Of a DNA stretch of 64,000 bases, positions 62,764 through 64,000 are shown piece by piece. Position numbers and translations under genes: made by a program. Every line of letters starts with the position of its first letter. The first letter of the stretch is position 1. The stretch is from an uncultured Gemmatimonadales bacterium (GTDB lineage: Bacteria > Gemmatimonadota > Gemmatimonadetes > Gemmatimonadales > GWC2-71-9), in the NCBI GenBank assembly GCA_963695185.1, contig CAVOGH010000002.1, forward strand, positions 193,216-257,215. Direction: 5' to 3'. The notes beneath the pieces are model-generated. The model had not been told where the DNA came from. It made no database searches and saw nothing but the letters and a program-made list of their open reading frames with translations.

Positions 62764-64000
62764 ATGCCCACTCCCCAGCAACTCTCCCAGGCCCTCGCCG
62801 ACCGCTACCGCATCGAGCGGGAGCTGGGCCAGGGGGGCATGGCGACGGTGTACCTGGCGCACGACGTCCGTCACGACCGCAAGGTGGCCCTCAAGGTGCT
62901 CCGCCCCGAGCTGGCCGCGATCCTCGGCGCCGAGCGCTTCCTGGCCGAGATCAAGACCACCGCCAATCTGCAGCATCCCCACATCCTGAGCCTGTTCGAC
63001 TCGGGCGAAGCGGGCGGGCAGGTGTTCTACGTGATGCCCTACGTGGAGGGCGAGTCGCTGCGCGACCGCCTGGCCCGGGAGCATCAGCTGCCGGTGGAGG
63101 AGGCGGTGCGGATCGCCCGGGAGATCGCCGACGCGCTGCACTACGCCCACGGCCACGGCGTCATCCACCGCGATATCAAGCCCGAGAACATCCTGCTCCA
63201 CGGCGGACACGCCCAGGTGGCCGACTTCGGCATCGCCCTGGCCGTGAGCCGGAGCGACGGCGGCACCCGCATGACCGAGACCGGCATGTCGCTCGGCACC
63301 CCGCACTACATGGCGCCCGAACAGGCCATGGGAGAACGGGAGATCACCGCCGGCGCCGACATCTACGCGCTCGGATGCGTGGTCTACGAGATGCTCACCG
63401 GCGACCCACCCTTCACCGGCTCGACCGCGCAGGCGATCGTGGCCCGGGTGGTGACCGAGAACCCGCGGCCCATGACCGCCCAGCGACGCACCATTCCGGC
63501 CCACGTCGAGGCGGCGGTGCTGACCGCACTGGAGAAGCTGCCGGCGGATCGCTTCGCCAGCGCGGCGGCCTTCGCGGAGGCGCTGGGGAATCCGGGGTTC
63601 GCCAGGCCTGGTGGCTACGCAGCGGCAGCCGCCGGTGGCGCGGGCATCCGCTCCGCCCGCACCCGCACCCTCGTGACGGCAGGCGCCGTCGGGGTGCTCA
63701 CCCTGCTGGCCGCGTGGGGCTGGTTGCGGCCCCGGCCCGACGCACCCAGGCCGGTGGTGCGCTACGAGCTGGGCCAGGCCGATGCCGAGCGGTTCCTGCC
63801 GGGGTCCGACATCGTCCGCCTGGCCATCTCCTCCGATGGGAACCGCCTGGCGTATGTCGGACCGGCGCAGAGCGGCACCCAGCTCTGGCTCCGGGAACGC
63901 AACCAGTTGCGCGCGACGCCGATCCCCAGCACCGACAACGCCCGCAACCCGGCCTTCTCGCCCACCGGGGGGCAACTGGCGTTCTTCGACGGAGCACGCA
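62764..64000 (+). CDS. Ser/Thr protein kinase paralogue with TM and PD40/TolB-like region; 3' end outside window (not in the supplied ORF track)
   Basis: I translated this by hand. It reads MPTPQQLSQALADRYRIERELGQGGMATVYLAHDVRHDRKVALKVL...HRDIKPENILLHGGHAQVADFGIA...GTPHYMAPEQ. That is followed by a TM (VTAGAVGVLTLLAAWGW) and then ...ISSDGNRLAYV...AFSPTGGQLAF. No stop occurs before position 64000. Confidence 0.85.
   Translation, partial: MPTPQQLSQALADRYRIERELGQGGMATVYLAHDVRHDRKVALKVLRPELAAILGAERFLAEIKTTANLQHPHILSLFDSGEAGGQVFYVMPYVEGESLRDRLAREHQLPVEEAVRIAREIADALHYAHGHGVIHRDIKPENILLHGGHAQVADFGIALAVSRSDGGTRMTETGMSLGTPHYMAPEQAMGEREITAGADIYALGCVVYEMLTGDPPFTGSTAQAIVARVVTENPRPMTAQRRTIPAHVEAAVLTALEKLPADRFASAAAFAEALGNPGFARPGGYAAAAAGGAGIRSARTRTLVTAGAVGVLTLLAAWGWLRPRPDAPRPVVRYELGQADAERFLPGSDIVRLAISSDGNRLAYVGPAQSGTQLWLRERNQLRATPIPSTDNARNPAFSPTGGQLAFFDGAR

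Noticed and set aside
1-64000. Genomic island, prophage, defence-system or mobile-element content.
   Set aside because: There are no integrase, transposase, phage structural, restriction-modification, toxin-antitoxin or known defence genes. I saw no obvious compositional break by eye, and the gene content is ordinary chromosomal.

Overview
Very GC-rich bacterial chromosomal segment (G+C not computed; third codon positions of real genes are almost all G/C). It carries about 50 protein-coding genes on both strands, mostly metabolic, transport and signalling functions. Recognisable genes include a Ku C-terminus, a MerR-TPR regulator, a KimA-like K+ transporter beside a short KdpD/KdpE pair, NirK, KorAB and an ECF sigma factor translationally coupled to a Ser/Thr kinase-TPR protein. 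Also present are a UvrD-type helicase with an embedded DEDDh exonuclease, an OtsA-OtsB fusion, several ion channels/antiporters, Pal, glutamate dehydrogenase and a compact dehydratase-ketosynthase-ACP-PPTase cassette. The window ends with two paralogous Ser/Thr kinases with PD40/TolB-like C-termini (the second runs off the window and is absent from the ORF track) and aldehyde dehydrogenase + DUF779. The kinase family and gene content suggest a Gemmatimonadota/Acidobacteriota-like organism (inference only). I found no rRNA, tRNA, CRISPR array, transposase, integrase or phage genes. The most unusual signals are these. (1) A conserved ~100-nt stem-enclosed intergenic element occurs in three copies, with covarying closing stems. 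(2) Arrays of an 8-bp tandem repeat (GGCGATTG family) are fused to or just behind stop codons at many loci, including a perfect 29-bp inverted repeat between convergent genes. (3) Ten frame disruptions affect eight otherwise intact conserved genes; nine behave as single-base insertions, so they are most likely sequence errors, but this needs checking. (4) A TTACCT motif sits at exactly -12..-7 of three ATG codons that lack a Shine-Dalgarno sequence, suggesting leaderless transcripts. Many long ORFs in the six-frame track are antisense shadows of real genes and were ignored.
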